Counted from the first letter of the stretch, positions 1 to 8,235 are shown. The stretch: 10,230 nucleotides of DNA from an uncultured Oligoflexus sp. (GCA_964236955.1 CAXSGP010000136.1:1-10230); one strand, 5' to 3'. A program made the numbers and translations. The notes: generated from the letters alone by a model not told the origin.

Positions 1-1089
1 TTTCGGCTCTCTTTCCTCCCGCGGTCCCGCTTGGCTCTCGCGAGCTGGTCTTGGGCCACGACCTGATGATTGTCCCTCGGGTCGCCTTGCGCCATCATTT
101 CTTTGAATGCGCTCGCCAGCCTGGGACGGTCGGGCATGATTCGAGGAAATCGGCTCCGCAGCACTTTCCCGATGTCGTGAAATTTCTTCACTGTCGTCTA
201 ACGCAGCGATGTCGCCACCGCCGCCGCCCATCAAATTACCGAAGTTAAGGTCGCTCCCCCAATCATCTTCGACAACACCGTGGCTGGCATCGACGAGCAC
301 CAATTCCGGAATCGGCACGGTGCGCAGTTCACCATTATCAAGCTCGACCTGCATCACCTGATTCAGGATATCGCCGCGCACCACATCCCCGATGGAACCA
401 TCTTGCAACTTGACCCGCGCGCCTTTTGGCAATAGCCGCTGCCGTAGCGCCGAATAAGTTTCATCTTCATAGGTCAAACAGCAAAGCAGCCGACCGCAAC
501 CGCCGGAGACTTTGCTTGGATTCAAAGCCAGATTCTGATTCTTCGCCATCTTGATTGAGACCGGTACGAACTCACGGAGAAAGCTTGAACAGCAGAATTC
601 CCGACCGCAGATACCCAACCCGCCGGCTAGCTTTGCCTCATCGCGGGCGCCGACCTGTTTAAGCTCCACCCGTGTCTTCAAACCTCCCGCCAATTCTTTA
701 ACCAATTCCCGGAAATCGACGCGGCCTGGCGCCGAGAAATAAACGATGACCTTATTGCCACCGAATTGAATTTCAACGTTAATGACCCTCATATCAAGAT
801 TGAGATCTTTAATTTTCTGCTTGGTGAAGGATTCCGAATGCTCTCCCGTCAAACGGCCGGCACTTTCCTGGTCTTTTCCAGAAGCCAGACGAACGATGGG
901 TTTTAATGCATCGGGATTGACTTCGACCTCGTCTACGAACTGGATGCGTTTGACTTCTGCCAGGCTCGGTCCCCTTTCGGTTTCGACCACGACCTTATCG
1001 CCGACTGCCAGTGGAAATTCCTTGGCATCAAAATCATAGATTTTGCCCGCTCTGCGGAACTGTACACCAACTATATTAATTCCAGGCAT
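1..1089 (-). CDS. ricT: PSP1-domain protein / regulatory Fe-S complex subunit RicT (YaaT), 3'-truncated by window edge
   Basis: Manually translated from ATG at 1089 (SD-like GAAAGGA just upstream); open to base 1 (363 codons). Reads MPGINIVGVQFRRAGKIYDF...VVVETERG...YFSAPGRVDFRELVKEL...RVELKQVGARDEAKLAGGLGICGREFCCSSFLREFVPVSIKMAKNQNLALNPSKVSGGCGRLLCCLTYE, the hallmark YaaT/PSP1 motifs. Position after tmk-holB matches the conserved gene order. Confidence 0.93.
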   Translation of the reverse strand, partial: MPGINIVGVQFRRAGKIYDFDAKEFPLAVGDKVVVETERGPSLAEVKRIQFVDEVEVNPDALKPIVRLASGKDQESAGRLTGEHSESFTKQKIKDLNLDMRVINVEIQFGGNKVIVYFSAPGRVDFRELVKELAGGLKTRVELKQVGARDEAKLAGGLGICGREFCCSSFLREFVPVSIKMAKNQNLALNPSKVSGGCGRLLCCLTYEDETYSALRQRLLPKGARVKLQDGSIGDVVRGDILNQVMQVELDNGELRTVPIPELVLVDASHGVVEDDWGSDLNFGNLMGGGGGDIAALDDSEEISRHRESAAEPISSNHARPSQAGERIQRNDGARRPEGQSSGRGPRPARESQAGPREEREPK

Positions 1090-1290
1090 AGGATCCTTTC
1101 TGCTTTCGATGTCGCACTTATCATGCAATGCCCTTGTTCGGTAGAGTCTGTTCCTCATGCATGGGCCGTGCATGCCGGTGCTGTCCAAGTTCTCGCAGGC
1201 TCTTTATTTATACGAAAATCAATTGTACTGCTTCCGCATCGTCGAAAACTGTTCCGAATTCCATCTCTTCTGCTGTTCTATCGGTCGGCA

Positions 1291-2295
1291 TCAACCTTCG
1301 AAGGGGCTCAGCAGCGCTTCTGCTACCAGCTGAACATTCAGATTGTTCTGGCCGACGCCACCGGCGCGATAAACCTGCTGAAGGATCTTGCGCCAATGCT
1401 TTATTCTTCTAAAATCCTGTAAACTCGTCGCATGCGACCCTTGAAGTATGCGCCTATAACTCTGGTTGAGCGCAAGTTCGAAAAATTGAGCGAGATCGGT
1501 GGCCTTCCAGGCTTGCTCCTTGAGAAGCTCCTGCAGCTCTCTCAGACTCTCACCTTTCATGGGCAGGAGCAGGAGGCGCTGGAGTCTATCAAGCTTGGCT
1601 TTTTGCTCCGCCCCGCCTTGCTCAAGATGAGCAAGCGCACGGCCTATCGAAAGTCCATACATCTTAAGCGCGTTTTCTATATCGATGGCACTGCGCGGCT
1701 CGGTGAGTCGACCCTGCAAATATTCGGAACTCTGCTCGATCAGGGGCGGTTGCACTCGAAACCGCACGGCGCGCGACCGAATCGTCGGCAATAGCTTTTC
1801 AAATCGGCTGCAGCTTGCAAGTATCAACACTCCCGCAGGTGGTTCTTCCAAAAGTTTAAGCAGGCGATTGGAAGCCTGATCATTCATCGATTCTATATCG
1901 AGAATGAGCGCCAATCGAGGGCTCTTTTGCGCCTGGTAGGCAAAAAATTCCTGAAGACCTTGGGCTTCCGTAACCTTAATCGTCCCTTCGGCTTCTAGCC
2001 AATACATATCACTTTGATAACCCTTCTGCACCGATCGACAGCCTTCACAGCTACCGCAGGCGCTGTGGGCGGAGCAAAAGAATCGGGCGGCCAGGCGCGC
2101 CATAAACTTCCGTTTGCCAATGCCCGCACGGCCTTCGATGACCACGACCTGAGGCAGACGGTTCGCCGACCACAGCTGATAAAGCCTGGCATCGATCCCT
2201 TCGAAACCGATCAAATCGTTCCAGAGGCGCGAGACCCGAACTTCGTTGTCTTTTAAGGTTACCGTTTTAGTCTTGGCTTTTGGCTTAGGGCTCAT
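1291..2295 (-). CDS. holB: DNA polymerase III subunit delta' (clamp loader)
   Basis: Degenerate Walker A (GRAGIGKR), zinc module CSAHSACGSCEGC, MNDQASNRLLKLLEEPP, LLPTIRSRA (SRC-type motif). ATG overlaps the tmk stop (ATGA, 2292-2295). Confidence 0.92.
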   Translation of the reverse strand: MSPKPKAKTKTVTLKDNEVRVSRLWNDLIGFEGIDARLYQLWSANRLPQVVVIEGRAGIGKRKFMARLAARFFCSAHSACGSCEGCRSVQKGYQSDMYWLEAEGTIKVTEAQGLQEFFAYQAQKSPRLALILDIESMNDQASNRLLKLLEEPPAGVLILASCSRFEKLLPTIRSRAVRFRVQPPLIEQSSEYLQGRLTEPRSAIDIENALKMYGLSIGRALAHLEQGGAEQKAKLDRLQRLLLLPMKGESLRELQELLKEQAWKATDLAQFFELALNQSYRRILQGSHATSLQDFRRIKHWRKILQQVYRAGGVGQNNLNVQLVAEALLSPFEG

Positions 2296-2942
2296 AGCTT
2301 AAAGTACTGCTTTAATTGGGTCCAGGCGTTCTCCAGGACCTGTTCGGGAGTCTGACTGGCATCGACTACGATGATACGATCTAAAAAGTCCCCGGCGCGC
2401 CTTAGGTAAGCTGACCTGAGGGTGTGATACATTTCTTGCGAGCCTTCATCATAACGATTTCCGGGCCCGGCTCCGTGGTCTCTGCTGCGCTTCTGAACTC
2501 GGCTCATAGCAATATCTACGGGGCAATCGAGGAGAAATGTTTGTGCCGGATGACAGCCTTCCACCGAATGCTCGATCACGCTTTCCAGTACGGCCGGGGG
2601 CACGCCGGCCAGATCCCCTTGATAAACCCGCGAAGAATCATAAAATCTATCACAGATTACCCAGGCATCCGCCGCCAAAGCTGGCTTGATCAGGCTTTGA
2701 ACATGCTGGTTCCGGGCTGCTGATACCAAAAAAAGTTCGGCAAGGGCCGTGGGTTTTTCAGGGGGATTCAAAAAGAGCTGCCGAATGGAATCGGCAAGAG
2801 GGGTTCCGCCTGGTTCACGGGTGAGGAGCACTTGGTACTGGAGCTGCTGCAGACGCGATTGCAAGCCAAGCGCTAGGTAAGACTTGCCGGCTCCTTCTCC
2901 ACCTTCGATAGAAATAAATCGCGAACGCGCGTGATGCGGCAC
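2292..2942 (-). CDS. tmk: Thymidylate kinase (dTMP kinase)
   Basis: FISIEGGEGAGKS P-loop, TREPGGT, ELFLVSAARNQH, WVICDRFYDSSRVYQG motifs. GTG start with upstream GAGGAAAGGA. Confidence 0.96.
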   Translation of the reverse strand: MPHHARSRFISIEGGEGAGKSYLALGLQSRLQQLQYQVLLTREPGGTPLADSIRQLFLNPPEKPTALAELFLVSAARNQHVQSLIKPALAADAWVICDRFYDSSRVYQGDLAGVPPAVLESVIEHSVEGCHPAQTFLLDCPVDIAMSRVQKRSRDHGAGPGNRYDEGSQEMYHTLRSAYLRRAGDFLDRIIVVDASQTPEQVLENAWTQLKQYFKL

Positions 2943-3168
2943 AGGAGTGATCCTTTCCTCATTTCGGGAGGCAAACTTATGGGTAAGCTCATCCCAGCCT
3001 TCCGCATTTTCATATCAGAACCGGAAAGAAACTGCTGCAAAATTCGCCATTTAACGTCTAAGTGCCGGTGCGTCATGGAGGTCGGACTTCATTTTTTTAT
3101 AAATGCACCGAAAGGCCTTGAAGAATTACCTAAAGTTTAGGTCCCCGAAACGGAGTTTGGTGGGTCTC

Positions 3169-5064
3169 ATGGCGAGAAACTCGTATGTTCTAGGAAAACG
3201 CATAGCACGTGGTGGCATGGCTGAGATTTATCTCGGCAAAGCCGTCGGCGAGGCTGCGTTCCAGAAAATCGTCGCCATCAAACGAATATTGCCGCATTAT
3301 GCGAGCGATAAAGAGTTTATTGAGATGTTTCGCGACGAAGCGCACATCTGCAAGCGGCTTCAGCATAATAACATCGTTGCTGTCTATGATTTCACTGAAG
3401 TTGATGGCTCCTATGCCCTGGTTATGGAGCATGTTGACGGCGCCGATTTGCGCAGCTTACTCAGCGCCTGTGAAACGGCCAAAACCCGACTGTCGGTGCC
3501 GATGGCCCTATTCATCGCCGCCTGTTCCGCACGAGCTTTGCATTATTCCCATACTAAAACTGATGAAATCACCAATGAAGCCTTAGGCATAGTCCATCGC
3601 GACGTTTCCCCACAGAATATCCTTATCAGCTACGAAGGTGACGTTAAAATCACCGATTTCGGGATCGCCTCGGCTGAGAACAAGCTTACCGAAACCAGGC
3701 CCGGTGTTGTTAAGGGAAAATATTCCTATATGAGCCCCGAACAGGTCGCGGCGAAACCACTCGATGGCCGCTCGGATGTCTTCAGTCTGGCTATAGTACT
3801 GTGGGAATCTTTAGCGATGAAACGCCTCTTCGCCGGCATGACTGAAGTGGAAAGCATTCGAAAAGTACAAAACTGCGAGATTCCCTACGATCTCTGCGAA
3901 CTTAATCCCGATGTCGATGCCGAACTCAAAGGCCTCGTCATGAAGGGCCTTTCGAAGGACAGAAAGCAGCGCTATCAGACAGCGGCAGCGTTCGAGAAGG
4001 ATTTGCTGCGCTATCTCCATTCTCGCTACTCTGATTTTACGTCGCGGGAACTCGGCAACTTTTTGAAGCGTATCCTTGCGAAAAAGCGCGACCGAACTCA
4101 AGATGATATTAAAGAAACTCTGGCTCAAGAATCCATTCCAGTCGCGGCACCGACGATGGCCTTGGCAGCGGGCGCAGGAATCGGCATGGGCGGCAGTAGC
4201 CAAAGTCGATCTGGCGGTGGACTATCGCAGTCGCATTCTCTGTCGTCGGGATTAGCAGCGAGTGAACTCGGGACCAGTGGGAACGAGCAGGCATCCGTGC
4301 CAAAGGCCCTCGATTCCCGATCTATTTCGACGATTAACGATGATCTTCCCATTTCGCTGACCGGCCTCAATCGCAAGACGCCTCCGCGCTCGTTCGTTAC
4401 TGAGGCGCCGCCAGGCGACCACACGAACAGCAGGGGCAAGGTCCGTAACAACAACCCCGCCCGCCCGATCCGCAAGCAGAAAAAATCACTTTTCCCCTGG
4501 CTGCTCGTTACCCTTTCTGGTCTCGGAGCCGCTGCCTATTACTTTAAGGATCAGCTGGTTTTTGATAAAAAAATGCATATCGAACTTCGCAGTTTGCCGG
4601 AAGTCGTCAGCCTTAAAATCAATGGCGTAAAAGTTGAAGAAGGTTCCTTCAAGAAGACCCCAATCAAATTAAACCTACTGCCCGGAGCCTATGACCTCGA
4701 AGTCAGCCGGCCCGGTTATCAAAAGGAACTTATAAGGTTTCAAGGGCAGGCGGGCGATACTTTGCGGCCTGAAAAAGTTTTTTTAAAACGGGTCCCTCAT
4801 ATTCCGCTCAATCAAGTCCGCATCGTCGCCACTTCGGGCAAGATCGTCGTCGATGTCGACAGTGGTCTTTTTGAAGGCGAAACACCTCTCAATGTTGAGC
4901 TTCAACCGGGTGTTCAGCACATCATCACGTTCCACACGAGCGATAACAGCAGCATTTATAAATGCCCCTTCCGTGTCGATCGACCGGACACCGTTTCCTT
5001 GACGACATTGATGGTGACTCCCCAGCTCGGCTCGACAAAACCGCGATGTCAGATCAAAAACTGA
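3169..5064 (+). CDS. Membrane-anchored Hanks-type Ser/Thr protein kinase with probable C-terminal PEGA domain
   Basis: IARGGMAEIY, VAIKRIL, HRDVSPQNILI, DFG, KGKYSYMSPEQ and DVFSLA motifs. Gly/Ser-rich linker, one hydrophobic segment (LFPWLLVTLSGLGAAAYYF), then PEGA-like SLPEVVSLKING...TPIKLNLLPGAYDLEVSRPGY. ATG 3169 (GGAG at 3152-3155) is preferred over the track's 3103 start. Confidence 0.93.
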   Translation: MARNSYVLGKRIARGGMAEIYLGKAVGEAAFQKIVAIKRILPHYASDKEFIEMFRDEAHICKRLQHNNIVAVYDFTEVDGSYALVMEHVDGADLRSLLSACETAKTRLSVPMALFIAACSARALHYSHTKTDEITNEALGIVHRDVSPQNILISYEGDVKITDFGIASAENKLTETRPGVVKGKYSYMSPEQVAAKPLDGRSDVFSLAIVLWESLAMKRLFAGMTEVESIRKVQNCEIPYDLCELNPDVDAELKGLVMKGLSKDRKQRYQTAAAFEKDLLRYLHSRYSDFTSRELGNFLKRILAKKRDRTQDDIKETLAQESIPVAAPTMALAAGAGIGMGGSSQSRSGGGLSQSHSLSSGLAASELGTSGNEQASVPKALDSRSISTINDDLPISLTGLNRKTPPRSFVTEAPPGDHTNSRGKVRNNNPARPIRKQKKSLFPWLLVTLSGLGAAAYYFKDQLVFDKKMHIELRSLPEVVSLKINGVKVEEGSFKKTPIKLNLLPGAYDLEVSRPGYQKELIRFQGQAGDTLRPEKVFLKRVPHIPLNQVRIVATSGKIVVDVDSGLFEGETPLNVELQPGVQHIITFHTSDNSSIYKCPFRVDRPDTVSLTTLMVTPQLGSTKPRCQIKN

Positions 5065-5112
5065 TCGCCTCCACCATCCGGTCCGCTTTCACTCTAACGA
5101 TTGAGATTTCCT

Positions 5113-5138
5113 GGTAAGCACTTAAAGGAGGGCTTACC
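5113..5138 (+). terminator. Possible hairpin downstream of the kinase
   Basis: GGTAAGC (5113-5119) / GCTTACC (5132-5138) inverted repeat; no clear U-tract. Confidence 0.3.
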
Positions 5139-5168
5139 GCCGAAGTCCATGCGCAGCAGGTAGGCAAC

Positions 5169-5198
5169 AAAAAAGCCGCAGATCATGAAATCGCGGCT
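5169..5198 (-). terminator. Rho-independent terminator downstream of the 5224-5853 gene
   Basis: Stem AGCCGC (5174-5179) / GCGGCT (5193-5198), extended by GAT/ATC, next to an A6 run (5169-5174) that reads as a U-tract on the minus strand, ~25 nt past the stop at 5224. Confidence 0.75.
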
Positions 5199-5223
5199 GA
5201 AAATTCAAAATTAAAACTCAAAA

Positions 5224-5853
5224 TCAAGTGATTTTAAGCGGAAAAGGTATCACAATCGCCCCGCGATTGGCCTTCGGCGGCTCAGGCTTGATGGGCCGTG
5301 GGCCAAGCGTTGAATTCTTCGGGCTCTGACGGCTGACTACAGGATCTTCACCCTGACGCACCATCAGGGTCGCCAAACCACCCTCTTCCAGCAGCTTGCT
5401 GGCCGCTATGCCAGCCTTTATCACATGCGCAGTTTTGAGATCAAGATCGGGATTGCTGGGCAAACGATCAATCCCAAGACTGAGGTGAGCCCTAATCACG
5501 ATCAAAACGGCTTCTTCCATTTGTCCACATAAGAAGTAAAGCTGCTGCATGTCACAATAGAGGGTGCAAAGCAGGCGACGAACTTTTAAAGGGGCGTTTT
5601 TATCTTTTTGAACGATTTTTTCCAGCTGCTGGACAATGGGTGCCAGAAGCAAGACCGATTGCTGGTAATTTCCCATACGGTAATCTAAACGAGCTCGAAG
5701 TAACGCGGCAAAAAGACTCTTTTCAATAAGGAAACCTGCATATTCACCGATTTGAACGAAGGAATCCATTCTACGAAAAAAACGAAGAGGTGCCGCTAAT
5801 ATGATACATAGCAGCAAACCAATGGACTCAAGGATCTCTAAGAAAACTTTCAT
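5224..5853 (-). CDS. Hypothetical protein, N-terminal membrane anchor and TPR-like helices (~209 aa)
   Basis: Likely start MKVFLEILES at 5853 (GGTGAG upstream); the track's extension to 6060 overlaps the MFS gene. Hydrophobic IGLLLCIILAAPL; TPR-like ARLDYRMGNYQQSVLLL and LYFLCGQMEEAVLIV; followed by a terminator. Confidence 0.75.
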   Translation of the reverse strand: MKVFLEILESIGLLLCIILAAPLRFFRRMDSFVQIGEYAGFLIEKSLFAALLRARLDYRMGNYQQSVLLLAPIVQQLEKIVQKDKNAPLKVRRLLCTLYCDMQQLYFLCGQMEEAVLIVIRAHLSLGIDRLPSNPDLDLKTAHVIKAGIAASKLLEEGGLATLMVRQGEDPVVSRQSPKNSTLGPRPIKPEPPKANRGAIVIPFPLKIT

Positions 5854-6010
5854 GAACGCAAACTCACCGGCAAACAGGACCCCAATGGTTTTGAGGCCGT
5901 GGATTCTTATTGATGGTCTAGCACGTTTATCGTGCAGATTCCACATTCTCTCGCTACACTTTAAAGAAAGCAGCTCAGGAAAAAGATAAGAAATCGCGCA
6001 GGAGACTCGA

Positions 6011-7318
6011 ATGCCTTCCCTACTTAATTCGTTTCTTTCCAAGGTTGGACTCGATACCAAAGAGCGCCTCTCTTGGGCAATTTATGACGTAGCCAATTCG
6101 GCGTTCGCTACCACCGTTATGGTTGCTATTCTGCCTGTCTACTTTAGTGATGCGCTGGCGGCAGAGTTACCGGGCAATTTGCGCTCGGCCTATTGGGCTT
6201 ATTTCAGCGCAATCTCGATGATACTGGTCGCTCTGGTCTCACCCTCTCTTGGTTACCTTGCTGATGTCTGCTCTTCGAAAAAAAGGTATCTGGCTTACTA
6301 TACTGTACTCGGTGCACTCAGTTGTTTTGGCCTTGCCCTTCTTGGGCACGGTCAATGGCTCATGGCAGGCTTGATTTTCATGATTGGCAATTTTGCATTT
6401 CATGTTGCTATTATTTTTTACGAGGCACTATTGCCCCATATTGCGGATGAAGAAAGTCTGCATAGGGTTTCGTCCTCTGGCTACGCGCTTGGTTATCTTG
6501 GCGGGGGCCTACTTCTCGCGATCAATCTGCTCTGGATTAAAAAGCCTGAACTTTTTGGATTGCCGGGTGCAGAAGCTGGCATCAAGCTATCGTTTATTTC
6601 GGTGGGAGTGGTGTGGCTGCTGTTCAGTATTCCCCTCTTTCGCAATGTTGCAGAGCCCATGCATGCACGTCCGCAAAAATTTACGCCAAGACTGGCGCTC
6701 AGCGCGGTATTTCGATTGAAGGATACGATCCGGGAACTTAAGAAATACCCGCAGATCCTCATCTTCCTCGTCAGTTTTTGGGCCTATAGTGATGGTGTTG
6801 GAACGATCATGAACATGGCAACGATCTATGGCCGGGAAGTGGGCATAGCCTCGGCGGATTTGATACTCGCAATCCTGCTCGTCCAATTTATAGGGGTACC
6901 GGCAGCTTTTGCCTTTGGACCGATCACACAACGAATTGGCCCGAAAAACGCTCTGTATATTACGCTTGCCGTCTATACGGGAGTATCGGTCGTCGGTTTT
7001 TTCATGACCACGGCTTTCCATTTTTGGATACTGGCTATTGGCGTCGCCCTGGTGCAAGGCGCAAACCAGGCCATAAGCCGATCGCTGTTTGCCTCAATGG
7101 TCCCTCTGAGTCACAGTGGCGAATTCTTCGGACTCTTTAGCATTTGGTCGAGGTTTTCAGGATTGTTTGGGCCACTGGTATTTGGACTGCTGGCGGAATA
7201 CGCGGGAGGAAGTCGCATCTCAGTGCTCTTCGTCGTCGCGCTTTTCATACTAGGTATTATTACTTTAAAATTTGTAGATATCGAAAAGGGGCGAAGGGAT
7301 GCGCTTAAAGCTGCTTAG
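6011..7318 (+). CDS. MFS transporter, UMF1/Atg22-like family
   Basis: SWAIYDVANSAFATTV, LGYLAD, SSGYALGYLGGG, DGVGTI, GANQAISRSLFASMVP and GEFFGLFS motifs; about 12 hydrophobic segments; AGGAGA SD upstream. Confidence 0.92.
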   Translation: MPSLLNSFLSKVGLDTKERLSWAIYDVANSAFATTVMVAILPVYFSDALAAELPGNLRSAYWAYFSAISMILVALVSPSLGYLADVCSSKKRYLAYYTVLGALSCFGLALLGHGQWLMAGLIFMIGNFAFHVAIIFYEALLPHIADEESLHRVSSSGYALGYLGGGLLLAINLLWIKKPELFGLPGAEAGIKLSFISVGVVWLLFSIPLFRNVAEPMHARPQKFTPRLALSAVFRLKDTIRELKKYPQILIFLVSFWAYSDGVGTIMNMATIYGREVGIASADLILAILLVQFIGVPAAFAFGPITQRIGPKNALYITLAVYTGVSVVGFFMTTAFHFWILAIGVALVQGANQAISRSLFASMVPLSHSGEFFGLFSIWSRFSGLFGPLVFGLLAEYAGGSRISVLFVVALFILGIITLKFVDIEKGRRDALKAA

Positions 7319-7375
7319 ACAGGGTTTGCCTTGGGGCTCTGGGGGCAGCTGCACCAGCCTAGGCGCATGAGCCGG

Positions 7376-7813
7376 CTATGACCTGGGTTTCAAATGCTTT
7401 TTCTTGACATTGTCCGTGGTATGACTAGCCTTCAATCGATTGCAGTCCAGACAAAGGGTTTGGTAGTTATTTAGCCTATCACGCCCGCCTTTGGCGATCG
7501 GGACTCTATGATCTTTCGTCATGAGCACCTCGCGTCCTTCTTTCATCGCATAAAGATTGAGGTGAAAATAGGGCTGATCGGCGTATTTTTCTTTGGCGAA
7601 GTATTGGCCTTTGCAGCCACAGATTCTGCAGCGTATACCATCGCTTTTAAAGGTCTGTAGCTTGAGCGAAGTGACGTTAATCAGGTCGCCGCGAATGACC
7701 TTCATTGCCTCCGGATGACTTTCTGCACTCAGCTCCCTGGGGCTAAAGACTATGAAGGGCAAAACCTCGTCGACGGCTAGCGTGTCCTTGCGAGTAAGGT
7801 TCGGATCCTTCAT
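7376..7813 (-). CDS. Standalone HNH endonuclease (zinc-binding type)
   Basis: CRICGC ... MTKDHRVPIAKGGRDRLNNYQTLCLDCNRLK: two CxxC pairs with DH..P...GG...N...C..CN.K core. Start uncertain (see findings). Confidence 0.88.
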   Translation of the reverse strand: MKDPNLTRKDTLAVDEVLPFIVFSPRELSAESHPEAMKVIRGDLINVTSLKLQTFKSDGIRCRICGCKGQYFAKEKYADQPYFHLNLYAMKEGREVLMTKDHRVPIAKGGRDRLNNYQTLCLDCNRLKASHTTDNVKKKHLKPRS

Positions 7814-7880
7814 AAGGCATCGGTTCGAGCTTTGGGTTTTAATCGCAAGGCAAACTTCTTTCGTAGCGCGGCGAGCCCTA

Positions 7881-8024
7881 CGCTGCCGCCGTGGTTGATC
7901 GAGAGGCTAAAGACTTCTCTGCCTCTCCTTCATGTTTTCCCTTTAAGCTGTCGCTTTAAGTTTGCGCTTCGAAAGGAAGCTTAGGAAAACAGGAGGGTTT
8001 GCAATCGGCGGCGGTCAGCCAGCG
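7881..8024. other. Nested inverted-repeat / candidate structured RNA upstream of the HNH gene
   Basis: Nested pairs by eye: GCCGCCG 7885-7891/CGGCGGC 8006-8012; CTCC 7925-7928/GGAG 7992-7995; TGTTTTCC 7933-7940/GGAAAACA 7984-7991; TAAGCT 7944-7949/AGCTTA 7978-7983; outer CGCT 7881-7884/AGCG 8021-8024. Confidence 0.45.
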
Positions 8025-8235
8025 GGAGCTTTAAACACGAGCAAGGATCAAGCGCCGCAGACAAGGGTCAAGGCCGCGCCAGGCTTTCGGATCCATACCG
8101 TCATTTTTGCCAAAATAAAGAAATGACTGGGTGGCCCGGATAAACGCCATTTCAACATATGATCCGCAGACCGGCGCAGGCAGACGCAATAACTAAAAGA
8201 TAGCATGACAGCTGCAAGGTCGGCCGCTGCGCGTT

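Noticed and set aside
51..1039. Plus-strand ORFs 51-248, 551-742, 782-1039
   Set aside because: Antisense shadows of the ricT gene.
2943..2954. AGGA-N4-TCCT hairpin over the tmk SD
   Set aside because: Only 4 bp; expected by chance.
3103..3168. N-terminal extension of the kinase from ATG 3103
   Set aside because: No SD before 3103; the kinase domain begins right after Met 3169, which has an upstream GGAG.
5854..6060. N-terminal extension of the 278-aa ORF
   Set aside because: Overlaps the MFS start head-to-head and would remove the divergent promoter space; 5853 is the better start.
7376..7813. IscB/Cas9-like RNA-guided nuclease or IS200/605 element
   Set aside because: Only 145 aa, with no PLMP or RuvC motifs and no tnpA nearby.
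7978..8004. Sigma70-like promoter TTGCAA-N15-TAAGCT on the minus strand
   Set aside because: The 15-nt spacer is short. It remains an alternative reading of part of the inverted repeat but cannot be supported from sequence alone.
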